A program made the translations under genes and the position numbers. Below, in pieces: positions 17,447-27,505 of a DNA stretch of 64,000 nucleotides. Origin of the DNA: Anaerolineae bacterium (GTDB lineage: Bacteria > Chloroflexota > Anaerolineae > JAAEKA01); assembly GCA_049299095.1 (NCBI GenBank), contig JBAQWV010000154.1, positions 1,655 through 65,654 of the forward strand, in the 5' to 3' direction. Each line of letters opens with the position of its first letter. The first letter of the stretch is position 1. A model generated the notes under the pieces. It was not told where the DNA came from. It did no database searches and saw nothing but the letters and a program-made list of their open reading frames with translations.

Positions 17447-18319
17447 ATTATTACTGTACGTTTGGGCGAACCGATCCGCCGGCTGGCGGGGTCTGTTCTC
17501 GTCACGCTGGAGTTTCCCGCTCCCACGGTCAGCGTCGCAGAAGCGTTGGCGCGGCTGGAAGATGAGTATCCCGGCTTTGCAGCGGCGTTGACCGGCGACG
17601 TACAAGGGCATCGTGCGCCTTACCAAATCTTCATCAACGCGCGCCGTGTTCTCGTGGATGAGGCGGCGCGCGTCTGGCTGGTGTCCGGCGACAAACTCGC
17701 CATCTTCCTGCCCGCCATTGGCGGCCAGATTTCGGCCACCCCCTTGCCCGGCAGCTTTTATCAGCGTCCCACACTAACCGTCGCACGCGACTTGTTGGGT
17801 TGCATAGTCGTGCGCATACTGGACGGGCAACGGCTGGCTGGCCGCATCAGCGAGGTCGAGGCGTATATTGGCGAGGAAGATCAGGCCAGCCACGCAGCCC
17901 GCGGCCAGACCCAGCGCAATCGGGCGATGTACGGCCCCGGTGGGTTGGCCTATGTCTACCTTATCTATGGCATGTATTCCTGTCTGAACGTGGTGACGGA
18001 AACTGCCGAATTTCCCGCCGCGGTGCTGATCCGAGCCATCGAGCCGGTGGACGGCGTGACCCTGATACAGGCCAATCGCGGCCAGCGCCCCCTGCGCGGC
18101 CTGCTCAACGGCCCGGCCAAATTGTGCCAGGCCCTGCAAATTGACCGCAGCTTCAACGGCCATGACCTAGCCACAGGCCACGACCTATGGCTGGAAGCAG
18201 GCGAGCCTGTACCAGACAGTGTCGTTCGTGCTACCCCGCGCATCAACGTCAGCGGCGACGAACACGCCCGCACGATCCCCTGGCGCTTTGTGGTGACACG
18301 CCAGCATCTACCCCTCTGA
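17444..18319 (+). CDS. mpg: in-frame fusion of a MoaD/ThiS-like ubiquitin-fold domain (residues 1-94, ending ...FLPAIGG) to a 3-methyladenine DNA glycosylase (Mpg/AAG family)
   Basis: The N-terminus MIITVRLGEP...YPGF...INARRV...VSGDKLAIFLPAIGG matches the MoaD pattern V.GD.LAIF.P..GG. Residues ~100-291 (LPGSFYQRPTLTVARDLLG...EVEAYIGEEDQASHAARGQTQRNRAMYGPGGLAYVYLIYGMYSCLNVV) are collinear with Mpg. No stop codon lies between the two. A possible internal TTG sits at 17744. Confidence 0.7.
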   Translation: MIITVRLGEPIRRLAGSVLVTLEFPAPTVSVAEALARLEDEYPGFAAALTGDVQGHRAPYQIFINARRVLVDEAARVWLVSGDKLAIFLPAIGGQISATPLPGSFYQRPTLTVARDLLGCIVVRILDGQRLAGRISEVEAYIGEEDQASHAARGQTQRNRAMYGPGGLAYVYLIYGMYSCLNVVTETAEFPAAVLIRAIEPVDGVTLIQANRGQRPLRGLLNGPAKLCQALQIDRSFNGHDLATGHDLWLEAGEPVPDSVVRATPRINVSGDEHARTIPWRFVVTRQHLPL

Positions 18320-18351
18320 TGATTGCTTGCGGGTTTCTAGATCAGGACTGA

Positions 18352-19887
18352 CTATCCCCGGCGCAGCAGCGGCAGCAACTCTTTCCGCCCCAGCAGCAGC
18401 GCAAACAAGGCAAAAACAACCATACCCAGCGCCACACCACCGCCCGCGATCAGCAATGGCGACCACCCCGCGGCCGCGCGCAGGAAAAACACCAGCGCCA
18501 CGGCCATCGCGGCAGCGCCCGGCAGCGCCCGGCCTAAACTCTCCAATAAGCGCCTGCCTCCCAAACTGCCCAACTTTGGACGGATCAACCACAGCAGCGC
18601 CAGCGTCTCCAGGGTGGTGGCAACCGTGTTCGCCAGAGCCAAACCGCCGAAAGACAAAGGACGGATCAGCAGCAGCGACAGCAACAGGTTGACCAGCATC
18701 GCGCCCACGCCGATTTTTACCGGTGTCCAGGTGTCGTGCAACGCATAAAATACCCGCGTTAGCACCTCCAACAGACTGTGAGCCATCAGACCAAGCGCAT
18801 AAAAGCTCAGCGCGTAAGCTGTCATGGTGGTGGACGTGGCCGTGAACTCGCCACGCTGCAAGGCGACCTCGATGATCGGCACGCGCAGCAGGAACAACCC
18901 GACTGTGGCAGGCAGTGTTACCCAGATCACTGCACGCAGGACAGTATTTAGCGTCGAACGCAGCGCGGTCAACTGTCCCTGTGCCACTTGCGCGGAAAAG
19001 GTCGGAAAGAGCGCGGTGGCAATGCCCTGGGCAATGATCCCCTGCGGTAGCAGCATCAGCAACCAGGCATAGTTCAGCGCCGAAATTGGACCTTCGCCCA
19101 GGTGCGACGCCAGACTGGCATTGACGATAAAATTGAGTTGCACCGCGCCCAGCCCCAACATGCGCGGCCCCATCAGCCTTCCTACCTCGCGCACGTCTGG
19201 GTTGTTCAGGCCAAACATGGCCGTGTAGCGCGGGCCGCGGCGCAGCAAAGCCGGCACCTGGACGAGCAGATGCGCCAGCGCGCCGGCCACCACGCCCAGC
19301 GCCAAACCGTACACTCCCAGGCTGGGCACCAGGAACCACGCACCCAGCAGGATCATCAAATTATACAGCAACGGCGCCAGCGCGGGTGCCAGAAAATGAT
19401 GGAAGCTGTTGAGAATGCCCATTACGATGCCGCTGATGCTAAAAATAATTGGCGCCAGCAGCATGATGGTCATCAACTGCACGGTGAGGGCTTGCTGTTC
19501 CGGGCTGAAACCAGGCGCGATAATGTGTGACACCAGCGGTCTGGCCAGCAACGCAGCCAACACAGCCAGCACGGTCGTCGCCACCAGCACGACGTTCGTG
19601 ACCGAGCTGGCCAGCCGCCAGGCTTGCGCGTGCGTGGGATCGTTTTCTTGCGCCAGGCGCGCGGTGAACGTGGGGATAAACGCCGAGGCCAACGCGCCGC
19701 CCGCCACCAGGTAGAAGATCAGGTCGGGCACGCGAAAGGCCGCGAGGTAAGCGTCCAACTCTGCGCCGGTACCCAGGCGCGCGGCGACCACGGCTTCACG
19801 CAGCAGGCCCAGCACGCGACTGGCCGCAAACAACAAGGATACCAGCCCGGCAGAGCGGGCAATTTGACGACGGGATGCAATAGTCAT
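18352..19887 (-). CDS. murJ: lipid II flippase MurJ/MviN
   Basis: Start chosen at MTIASRRQIARSAGLVSLLFAASRVLGLLRE; 14 TM helices; MurJ family pattern. Confidence 0.85.
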   Translation of the reverse strand: MTIASRRQIARSAGLVSLLFAASRVLGLLREAVVAARLGTGAELDAYLAAFRVPDLIFYLVAGGALASAFIPTFTARLAQENDPTHAQAWRLASSVTNVVLVATTVLAVLAALLARPLVSHIIAPGFSPEQQALTVQLMTIMLLAPIIFSISGIVMGILNSFHHFLAPALAPLLYNLMILLGAWFLVPSLGVYGLALGVVAGALAHLLVQVPALLRRGPRYTAMFGLNNPDVREVGRLMGPRMLGLGAVQLNFIVNASLASHLGEGPISALNYAWLLMLLPQGIIAQGIATALFPTFSAQVAQGQLTALRSTLNTVLRAVIWVTLPATVGLFLLRVPIIEVALQRGEFTATSTTMTAYALSFYALGLMAHSLLEVLTRVFYALHDTWTPVKIGVGAMLVNLLLSLLLIRPLSFGGLALANTVATTLETLALLWLIRPKLGSLGGRRLLESLGRALPGAAAMAVALVFFLRAAAGWSPLLIAGGGVALGMVVFALFALLLGRKELLPLLRRG

Positions 19888-19967
19888 GGGTAATTGTGGA
19901 TTATAATCAGGAAACAGACAGCAACACAATCCGCATTATGGTTGAAGAAAGAATGGAGAAGAAGCAC

Positions 19968-21554
19968 ATGTTACGACGTCGCCTAGCCCCACTGATTGTC
20001 TTGAGTATGGTCTTGCTGATCACCGCGTGCCGCGCGCGTCCTGCGTCTATACCTACGCCGCAGCCCACCCCGACGCCACAGCCTGCCGCGACCATTGCTT
20101 CTGCGACAGTTGACGCACCGAGGCCAGACAGCGCCGATACATTGCCCGCTTCATCGCTGTTTACCTGGGCCTGGGAAGATCGCACCCCGTTCGAGCACGG
20201 AGTGGTGATGGGCGCACAGGTGGCGCTGGCCCAGCAACCCGCGGCCAGTGTCTATCACCTGGAACTGCATCTGGCGGATAGCTTGACGGCGCTGACCGGT
20301 CACGAAGAAGTGCATTACACCAACGCGGAAACCGAGCCGCTCGACGATCTGGCGCTGCGGCTATTTCCCAACCTGCTCGGCGGCAGCATGACTGTGCATT
20401 CGGTGCAGGTAAACGGCCAGGCGGCCGCGTCGCGGTTGGCGCAACAGGACAGCGTACTCTTTGTACCGATGTCACCCCCACTGCGGCCCGGCCAATCGGT
20501 GGTGCTGGCGTTGGACTTTGCAGTGACTATCCCCACGGACGCGGCCAGCAGCAATTATGGCATCTTCGCCTACACCAACGACATTCTGGCGCTGGCGCAC
20601 GCCTATCCGATGGTCGCCGTGTACGACGAAGAAGGCTGGAACATCGAAATCGCGCCGCAGGAGGGCGACATCGTGTACGCGGACGCCAGCTACTACCTGG
20701 TGCGCATCCACGCGCCCGCACAGTTGGTTATCGTCAGCGCGGGCACGCGGCTGGATGAAGTGCAAACTGCGACCGGACAAACCATCACAGTGGCGGCTGG
20801 CCCGGCGCGCGATTTCTATTTGGCTGCCAGTGCCGCGTATGCTGAAGCAGTCAGCGTACAGGCAGGCGAGACGTTGGTTCGCAGCTATGCCCTGCCGGGT
20901 GAGCAGGCCAGCGCGCAGGAGGTAGCCGATATTGCCGCGCAGGCCCTTGCCTTCTTCAACGAACAGTTTGGGCCTTATCCGTACCGTGAACTGGACTTCG
21001 CTGCCACCCCAACCCTGGCGCTGGGTGTAGAATATCCGGGCATGATTGTCATGAACGAAGTCATTGATGCCGAACGCAGCCCGCAAATCCTGGAAAGCAC
21101 CGTGGTACACGAAGTGGCGCACCAATGGTTTTACAACCTGGTCGGTAACGATCAGGTGGATGAGCCTTGGCTGGATGAATCGCTGTCGCAATATGCCACG
21201 CTGCTGTATTACCGGCAGGTCTACGGTAAAGCAGGCGAAACGGGCTTCCGTCGCTCGCTGGAGCGCGCATGGGGCGAGTTCGACAACGAACCGATTCCCA
21301 TCGGCGCGTCGGTGGCCGCGTATGCCGATGGCGGCGAGTACGCAGGGACGTATGTCGCGATTATCTATGGCCGCGGCGCGCTTTTCTTCGAGGCGCTCAG
21401 TGAGGCGATGGGAGAAGCGACCTTTACCGCGTTTCTACGCGAGTATGTACAGCGCAAGGCGTGGGGGATTAGCTCTACTGCCGATTTCCGCGCCCTGGCC
21501 GAGCAACAATGTGATTGCGACCTGGGGCCGCTCTTCACCGAGTGGGTGTATTGA
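19968..21554 (+). CDS. M1-family (gluzincin) zinc metallopeptidase, lipoprotein
   Basis: Lipoprotein signal MLRRRLAPLIVLSMVLLITAC, HEVAHQWF (HExxH) plus a downstream E. GGAGAAG RBS. The ORF-track start at 19896 was rejected. Confidence 0.7.
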   Translation: MLRRRLAPLIVLSMVLLITACRARPASIPTPQPTPTPQPAATIASATVDAPRPDSADTLPASSLFTWAWEDRTPFEHGVVMGAQVALAQQPAASVYHLELHLADSLTALTGHEEVHYTNAETEPLDDLALRLFPNLLGGSMTVHSVQVNGQAAASRLAQQDSVLFVPMSPPLRPGQSVVLALDFAVTIPTDAASSNYGIFAYTNDILALAHAYPMVAVYDEEGWNIEIAPQEGDIVYADASYYLVRIHAPAQLVIVSAGTRLDEVQTATGQTITVAAGPARDFYLAASAAYAEAVSVQAGETLVRSYALPGEQASAQEVADIAAQALAFFNEQFGPYPYRELDFAATPTLALGVEYPGMIVMNEVIDAERSPQILESTVVHEVAHQWFYNLVGNDQVDEPWLDESLSQYATLLYYRQVYGKAGETGFRRSLERAWGEFDNEPIPIGASVAAYADGGEYAGTYVAIIYGRGALFFEALSEAMGEATFTAFLREYVQRKAWGISSTADFRALAEQQCDCDLGPLFTEWVY

Positions 21555-21559
21555 GGCGG

Positions 21560-22732
21560 TCAGAAGGCTAGTGCGTTGCGCACGAAGCGCAGCGCGGTTT
21601 CTGCCAGCACAGCCGCGCCAATGGGCAGCGCGTCCTCGTCCAGATCGAAAGTGGCCGTATGCAGATAGCTGGCCGGGCCACCGGGGCGTCGCACGCCCAG
21701 CCGGAACATGGCGCCGGGCGCGCGCTGCGCCATAAACGCGAAATCCTCTGCTCCCATGCTTGGTTCGCTTGCGCCAACGTTGACCGCGCCCAGTTCGTCC
21801 GCCGCGACGGCACTTAGCCAGTCTACAGCCCGCGGATCGTTGTAGAGCGGGGGATAGCCGCGCTCGATTGCCAGCGCGTAATCGCCGCCAAAGCTGCGCG
21901 TGAGGCTGAATGCCCGCTCGACATCGGCGATCAACTGCTCGCGCACGTCACGGTCGAAGCTGCGTAGCGTGCCCAACAGGGTAACCGCGTCGGGAATGAC
22001 GTTATCGGCTGCGCCGCCCTGTACTTTGCCGACTGTCACCACGCACGGCAGGGTCGGACCAATACGCCGCGAGGGAATGGCATAGAGTGCGTTGAGTACC
22101 TGACTGGTGAGCCAAATCGGATCGAGGGTGTGATGCGGGTAAGCACCATGACCGCCACGGCCCAAAACATGACCGTGAAAGTTGTCTACGGCGGCTTGCA
22201 TCCAGCCGCTGCTGACCTGAATCTGCCCGGTTTCCAGGGTGCCGTGGACGTGCAACGCAATCACTGCGTCCACGCCGTCCAGCGCGCCATCTTCGATCAT
22301 GCGTGGCGCGCCGCTGATGCCGTTGTCGTAGCCCCCTTCTTCAGAGGGCTGAAACAGCAGGCGCACCTGGCCGGGGAACTGGCGGCCATTGAGCAGGCGC
22401 GCCACACCCAGCAGCATGGCCGTGTGGGCATCGTGACCGCAGGCGTGCATCTTGCCCGCGTTTTGTGAGGCAAAGGACAGGCCGGTTTGCTCGTGGATGG
22501 GCAGCGCGTCCATGTCGGCGCGCACGCCGATCACCGGGCCATCGCCGTCGCCCAGATACGCCACCACGCCGCTTTTGCCGACGCCGCTGCGATATTCGAC
22601 GCCCAGCTCGGCCAGCGCCTGCGTAACTACGCCACTAGTGTGGACAAGATCAAAACCCAGTTCGGGCTGCTGATGAATGGTACGTCGCCAATGGATCAAC
22701 TGATCCTGAATGGCCTTGGCTTCTGCTAGCAT
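21560..22732 (-). CDS. M20 family amidohydrolase (N-acyl-L-amino acid amidohydrolase / hippurate hydrolase-like)
   Basis: Motifs HACGHDAH, FQPSEEGG, HVHG. Confidence 0.85.
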   Translation of the reverse strand: MLAEAKAIQDQLIHWRRTIHQQPELGFDLVHTSGVVTQALAELGVEYRSGVGKSGVVAYLGDGDGPVIGVRADMDALPIHEQTGLSFASQNAGKMHACGHDAHTAMLLGVARLLNGRQFPGQVRLLFQPSEEGGYDNGISGAPRMIEDGALDGVDAVIALHVHGTLETGQIQVSSGWMQAAVDNFHGHVLGRGGHGAYPHHTLDPIWLTSQVLNALYAIPSRRIGPTLPCVVTVGKVQGGAADNVIPDAVTLLGTLRSFDRDVREQLIADVERAFSLTRSFGGDYALAIERGYPPLYNDPRAVDWLSAVAADELGAVNVGASEPSMGAEDFAFMAQRAPGAMFRLGVRRPGGPASYLHTATFDLDEDALPIGAAVLAETALRFVRNALAF

Positions 22733-23009
22733 ACAAACTCCTTTATTGGGGGTGTTTTTTGCTTAAGATTTATGCAGTTTATGTCCTTTAGGAGTTACGC
22801 AAAACTGTGTTGGAGAAAGTAAATTCGTTAAAGGGGTTCCTTGGCCCGTGTGTGGGTCTCGGAATGACAACCACACTACCAATTGGGTAAGCCCTATCTT
22901 CTAACATTTGCGCAGTTCATGTCATTTCGAGGAGCGTAACAGCCTGTAGCGAGAAATCTCTACTTCTGGGGATGACGAACAGGATTTCTCCAGCCTGCAA
23001 AAAGTGGAT

Positions 23010-23300
23010 AAAGACGCCTGCAAAGCCGCCGCGACAGATGGCGCATCAGCCTGGGAAATGTACTGGAAGATCACGCTGCCTTCGCTAACCACCGCCACCA
23101 TCGTCAACGCCATCTACACCGTCATCCCCTTGTCACACTTTTCGGAAAACAAGGTGATGCAGTATATCTAGCGTCAGACCTACGCAATGCAGGGCTGCCT
23201 TGGCTACGATGCCAGTGCCATGTCCATTATCACTTCGGCGTGATGGTGCTGCTGTTGAGCATTATCTTCATCCAGGGGTTGAAAAGGGCTATATCAGCCA
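23010..23300 (+). pseudogene. decayed fragments of a carbohydrate ABC transporter permease (MalF/UgpA-type EAA-loop region and C-terminus), frameshifted
   Basis: One frame reads ...RQDGASAWEMYWKITLPSLTTATIVNAIYTVIP..stop. An adjacent frame reads MVLLLSIIFIQGLKRAIS. No intact ORF is present, and the region has lower GC than its surroundings. Confidence 0.35.
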
Positions 23301-23349
23301 GCAGCCGGGCGCGTTTCATGTCTGGCTTGCTCCTCACAGCCAGGCCGGA

Positions 23350-24084
23350 CTACGCGGGGAGTTTCGTCTCTAGCTGCCGGTACACGGGCCAGGACTGTGC
23401 GAGGCCGGGCGCGATGCGTTCAGGGGTTGTCGTGAGCAGGTGATCCAGTTCCGTCTCGCCGCACAAATACAGCCCCTCGACTTCGCCGTCGGCAAAGCGC
23501 AGGGCCGCGAAGCCCGCGGGCGTCAACGTGGCTGTGAAGACCTGTGTAATGTGACAGATATGCACCGGTGGGTTGAGGCTGTCCGCTTCGCAGCGCCGGT
23601 AGGGCGCGCCGACAGTTTGTAAGCCCGCTGCGGTGAGCATCTGCGCCTGCGGTGACAGGTCAAGGCCGAGTTCTTCGCTCGCCTCCTGATAGATCGCCTG
23701 CTGCCAGCTCAGGCCCGCGCGTACGTGGCCGGTGACGGATAAATCCAGCCGGCCGGGCCAGTCTACATGGCGGCCGCGCACTTGCAGCGCCAGCCAGTTT
23801 TGCGGCGTGCGCAGCACCAGATGTACAGTGCGGTGGCACAACCCCAGCAAATGACATAGCCAGCGGGGAACCACGACGCCGGTCGTTGCGCCGTCATCAG
23901 TCGTCAGGTCGAACGGCTCAAAATGCTTGGGGCGCGGCTGGATCACGGGCTGCCAGCGGGCTACCAGCGCATCTGCTTCGATTTGGGTCAGCGGGGAAAC
24001 GCGTTGCGCCGCGGCCAGATCGTCAGTCAACTGCTCCAGCAGTACTGTATCCAGCCGCGGCGGCGCGGAATTGGAATGAGGCAT
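23350..24084 (-). CDS. NUDIX hydrolase family protein (degenerate Nudix box)
   Basis: Sequence GHVRAGLSWQQAIYQEASEELGL approximates Gx5Ex7REUxEExGU, with E-to-L and R-to-Q substitutions. Confidence 0.45.
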   Translation of the reverse strand: MPHSNSAPPRLDTVLLEQLTDDLAAAQRVSPLTQIEADALVARWQPVIQPRPKHFEPFDLTTDDGATTGVVVPRWLCHLLGLCHRTVHLVLRTPQNWLALQVRGRHVDWPGRLDLSVTGHVRAGLSWQQAIYQEASEELGLDLSPQAQMLTAAGLQTVGAPYRRCEADSLNPPVHICHITQVFTATLTPAGFAALRFADGEVEGLYLCGETELDHLLTTTPERIAPGLAQSWPVYRQLETKLPA

Positions 24085-24159
24085 CGTTGAGAAAGGAGAG
24101 AGCGCAGCGGTTTGCTCTTTCGGCGTAAGTTCTGGCTGTTGCTGTGCTCTTCGTGGTTT

Positions 24160-24897
24160 TTAATGCAGAATCTTGCTCAAGAAGAGACGGGTACGTTCGT
24201 GTTGCGGGTTGTTGTACAGATCGTTGGGGGTGGTGTCTTCCACGACCGTGCCCTGATCCATGAAGATGATGCGATTGGCGGCCGCGCGGGCAAAGCCCAT
24301 TTCGTGGGTGACGCACACCATCGTCATGCCGGTCTGCGCCAGGTCTTGCATCACGTCCAGCACTTCTTTGATCATCTCCGGATCGAGCGCGCTGGTCGGC
24401 TCGTCGAAGAGCATGATCTTGGGGTTCATCGCCAGCGCGCGGGCAATCGCCACGCGTTGCTGTTGGCCGCCGGAAAGCTGGCCGGGGTAGGCTCCTGCTT
24501 TTTCGGGGATGCCGACGCGGTTTAGCAATTCCATTCCCACGCGCTCGCGCTCGCCTTTGTCGCGCTTACGCACGACGCGCTGGGCCAGCGTGATGTTGTC
24601 CAGTACGGTGAGGTGTGGAAACAGGTTGAATTGCTGAAAGACCATGCCAACCTCGGTACGCATTTGGTTGATGTTGGTCGAGCGCGCTTCGAGGTCTACG
24701 CCTTCGATGTAAACATGGCCTTCGGTGGGTTTTTCGAGGTGGTTGATGCAGCGCAGCATGGTGGACTTGCCGGAGCCGCTGGGGCCAATCACCACTACGA
24801 CCTGCCCGCGGCCAATTTCCAGATCGATGCCATTCAGCGCGGGCACGCGGCCGAAGTATTTGTGCAAGTTGACAAGGCGAATAATGGGATCATCCAT
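24160..24897 (-). CDS. polar amino acid ABC transporter ATP-binding protein (GlnQ/HisP-like)
   Basis: Motifs [34 protein letters not shown]. Confidence 0.9.
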   Translation of the reverse strand: MDDPIIRLVNLHKYFGRVPALNGIDLEIGRGQVVVVIGPSGSGKSTMLRCINHLEKPTEGHVYIEGVDLEARSTNINQMRTEVGMVFQQFNLFPHLTVLDNITLAQRVVRKRDKGERERVGMELLNRVGIPEKAGAYPGQLSGGQQQRVAIARALAMNPKIMLFDEPTSALDPEMIKEVLDVMQDLAQTGMTMVCVTHEMGFARAAANRIIFMDQGTVVEDTTPNDLYNNPQHERTRLFLSKILH

Positions 24898-25732
24898 TGG
24901 TATTCCATCTCCGTTCGATCAGGCGCACCACGATGATGAAGATCAGGGTGACGACCAAGTACAGGAAGGCAGCCGAGTTGTAGCCTTCAATCGCGCGCAG
25001 GTTGCGCGAGACAAAAAGGCGTGCCATTTGCAGGATTTCCGGCACCGCCACGACGCTGACCAGCGCCGAGTCCTTGAGCATCGCTACCAGATCGTTGGCG
25101 AGCGGTGGCACCACGCGGCGGATGGCCTGCGGCAGGATCACGTAGCGCATGGATTGGGTGTAACCCATGCCGAGCGAACGCGCGGCTTCCATCTGGCCAC
25201 GCGGGATTGATTCGATGCCGGAACGATATACTTCAGCCAGATAGGCCGCGTAGCCGAAGCCCAGGCCCAGAATTGCCCCCTGCACGCCAGTTAGCGGAAA
25301 GCCCTGACCGAAAATTTGGCGCAGGAAGGGCACCACCACAAAGCCGATCCAGATGATTAGCACCAGCATCGGCACGCCGCGCATCAACTCGACATACAGT
25401 GTGCTGGCATGAAACAGGATCGGGTTCTTGGAGACGCGCATGATGCCCAGGAGCAGACCGACGATCAGGGCGATCAGGTAGGCGGTCAGCGTGGTGACGA
25501 GTGTCATCATTACGCCGTTGCGCACATCAAGGCCAAAGGCCATCTCCGTGGATGTGGGGGGGCGAATGATGAAGTTGAGGGCATCGCGGTAATTCTCATT
25601 CCGCAACATGCCGAACAACGCCGCGCCCAGGGCGAGGATCATGATGATCGCCCACCAGGGGAACTCGCGCATTTGTTCACCGAAGGTGAGCCGGGAACGC
25701 ATGGCAGGCTTTGCCGATCCATCTTGATTCAT
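24890..25732 (-). CDS. polar amino acid ABC transporter permease (HisM/GlnP-like)
   Basis: 280 aa with an EAA-loop (EAARSLGMG...ILPQA). Overlaps the ATPase gene by 8 nt. Confidence 0.85.
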   Translation of the reverse strand: MNQDGSAKPAMRSRLTFGEQMREFPWWAIIMILALGAALFGMLRNENYRDALNFIIRPPTSTEMAFGLDVRNGVMMTLVTTLTAYLIALIVGLLLGIMRVSKNPILFHASTLYVELMRGVPMLVLIIWIGFVVVPFLRQIFGQGFPLTGVQGAILGLGFGYAAYLAEVYRSGIESIPRGQMEAARSLGMGYTQSMRYVILPQAIRRVVPPLANDLVAMLKDSALVSVVAVPEILQMARLFVSRNLRAIEGYNSAAFLYLVVTLIFIIVVRLIERRWNTNG

Positions 25733-25776
25733 GATAACAGTTTCTCCTGGTGGAAAGCGGATAGGAATACTCGCAG

Positions 25777-26295
25777 CTAGAGTGCTTGGACGGCGGCCAG
25801 CGCCTCGTCGTAGGCGGGGTGTTGGGCAATTTCTGGCACATATTCGACATAGCGCACCACATCATCGGCGTCAACGATGAAGATGGCGCGCTGTTCCACG
25901 CGCAGTTCCTTGATGTGTGTGCCGTAGGCGTTGCCGAAATCCATGTTGTAATGGTCGGACAGGGTGATTACACGGTCTACGCCTTTAGCTGCGCACCATT
26001 CCGCGAGGTGGAAGGGCAGGTCGGCGCTGACGGTGACGACGACGACATCATCACCAAAGTTGGCGGCTTCTACGTTGAAACGCCGCGTTTGCGCGTCGCA
26101 GATGCCGGTGCCGATCGAGGGAATTACGTTGATCAGACGCACTTTGCCTGCGGTCGAGGCCAGCAGACCCACGCGACCATTGAACCCTTTGTCATTGAGC
26201 GTTACTTCCGGGGCTTGATCGCCGACGGCTAGCGCCGGCCCTATGACTGTGAGCGGTGTGCCTTTCAGCGCAGCCGCGCCAAAACGTTCTTGCAT
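25777..26295 (-). CDS. tpx: thiol peroxidase (atypical 2-Cys peroxiredoxin Tpx)
   Basis: 172 aa. Tpx family with peroxidatic Cys in PSIGTGICD and a resolving Cys. Confidence 0.8.
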   Translation of the reverse strand: MQERFGAAALKGTPLTVIGPALAVGDQAPEVTLNDKGFNGRVGLLASTAGKVRLINVIPSIGTGICDAQTRRFNVEAANFGDDVVVVTVSADLPFHLAEWCAAKGVDRVITLSDHYNMDFGNAYGTHIKELRVEQRAIFIVDADDVVRYVEYVPEIAQHPAYDEALAAVQAL

Positions 26296-26440
26296 GAAAA
26301 GGAACCTTTCTTAACCTGGAGGTAGATTGAGATTGGGAATAGAACTTACGCAGAAGTGCGTCTGTTCAGTAGATTAGGAAATTGGTGTGCCGGAAACGGT
26401 CAGAGAAGACATCCAGTAAACCAATCTAACGATCACCGGT

Positions 26441-27502
26441 TCATCGATTCTTCATGCGCGGGTCCAGAGAATCGCGCAGGCCATCGCCCAGCAGGTTGAA
26501 TCCCAGCACAGTAATGACGATGGCAACCGCCGGGAAGAGAATCAAATGCGGCGAGGTGAACATCTGGTTACGCTCGGCGCCGATCATCGCGCCCCACTCA
26601 GCCGTGGGGGGTTGCGCGCCCAGGCCGAGGAAGGAAAGCGCGGCGGTGTCCAGGATGGCCGTGGCGATGCCCAGCGTCGCCGCCACGATCAGCGGCGCGG
26701 TGGCGTTGGGCAGGATGGCGCGGAAGAGGATGCGCCCCGGCTTGGCCCCGATTGAGCGCGCGGCGGTGACGAATTCCTGTTCCTTGAGCGATAGCACCTG
26801 CGAGCGTACCAGGCGCGCATAGGTGGGAATGGACACCAGCGCGATGGAAATCAGCGCCGTCAGCAGCCCCACATCCTCAAAGCCCAACACGCGCTGCATC
26901 ACATTCAACCCGCGGGCAAAGAAGCTGCCCTCCGCCACCGTCAGCAGCGCGGAGTTGATGGCTATCGCCAGGATCAGCGAGGGAAAGGCCAGCACCACGT
27001 CCATGATGCGCATAATCAGGTTGTCGGTCAGGGAGCCGATGTAGCCGGCAATCGCGCCGAGCAGGATGCCGATGATCACCGCCAACGACACCGTGTACAG
27101 ACCGGCTTTCAGGGACACGCGCGACCCGTACAGCACGCGGCTGTATAGATCACGTCCATTGCCATCGGTGCCAAAATAATGTTCGGGCTGGCCTTCGGCG
27201 CAACGGAAGAAGTTGATCACTGGCAGCGAGGGCAGATTATCTACGGCATGAATACATGGTTTTTGGCGTGGCCGCACCCCCTGTTCCTTACCCAGCAGCA
27301 CCGCGTTTGGGCTATGCGTTGCTAAAATGGGGGCAAGCAACGCCATACCGATCAAAAAGACCGCAATAACGATACCAATCTGGCCAGAACGACGATACAG
27401 CACCAGATCGCGCAGGCCCTCGGCCCAAAAGCCGCGTGACTTGCGACGCTTGCTGGGTTCGAGATCGGGCAGGGTAGCAGCTTGTTGCGCACTCATAAGC
27501 AT
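26441..27502 (-). CDS. peptide/nickel-type ABC transporter permease (DppC/OppC-like)
   Basis: 353 aa with the family N-terminal extension and an EAA loop. Confidence 0.85.
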   Translation of the reverse strand: MLMSAQQAATLPDLEPSKRRKSRGFWAEGLRDLVLYRRSGQIGIVIAVFLIGMALLAPILATHSPNAVLLGKEQGVRPRQKPCIHAVDNLPSLPVINFFRCAEGQPEHYFGTDGNGRDLYSRVLYGSRVSLKAGLYTVSLAVIIGILLGAIAGYIGSLTDNLIMRIMDVVLAFPSLILAIAINSALLTVAEGSFFARGLNVMQRVLGFEDVGLLTALISIALVSIPTYARLVRSQVLSLKEQEFVTAARSIGAKPGRILFRAILPNATAPLIVAATLGIATAILDTAALSFLGLGAQPPTAEWGAMIGAERNQMFTSPHLILFPAVAIVITVLGFNLLGDGLRDSLDPRMKNR

Positions 27503-27505
27503 TTC

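Noticed and set aside
17444-18319. Reading the Ubl and Mpg parts as two separate genes
   Set aside because: No in-frame stop exists between GG (17720-17725) and the Mpg domain. Only a TTG at 17744 could serve as an internal start. Kept as one CDS, with the artefact possibility flagged in the findings.
19896-19967. N-terminal 24 codons of the M1 peptidase ORF (MDYNQETDSNTIRIMVEERMEKKH)
   Set aside because: A strong GGAGAAG RBS precedes the second ATG (19968), which starts a typical lipoprotein signal peptide. The longer form would overlap the divergent murJ start region.
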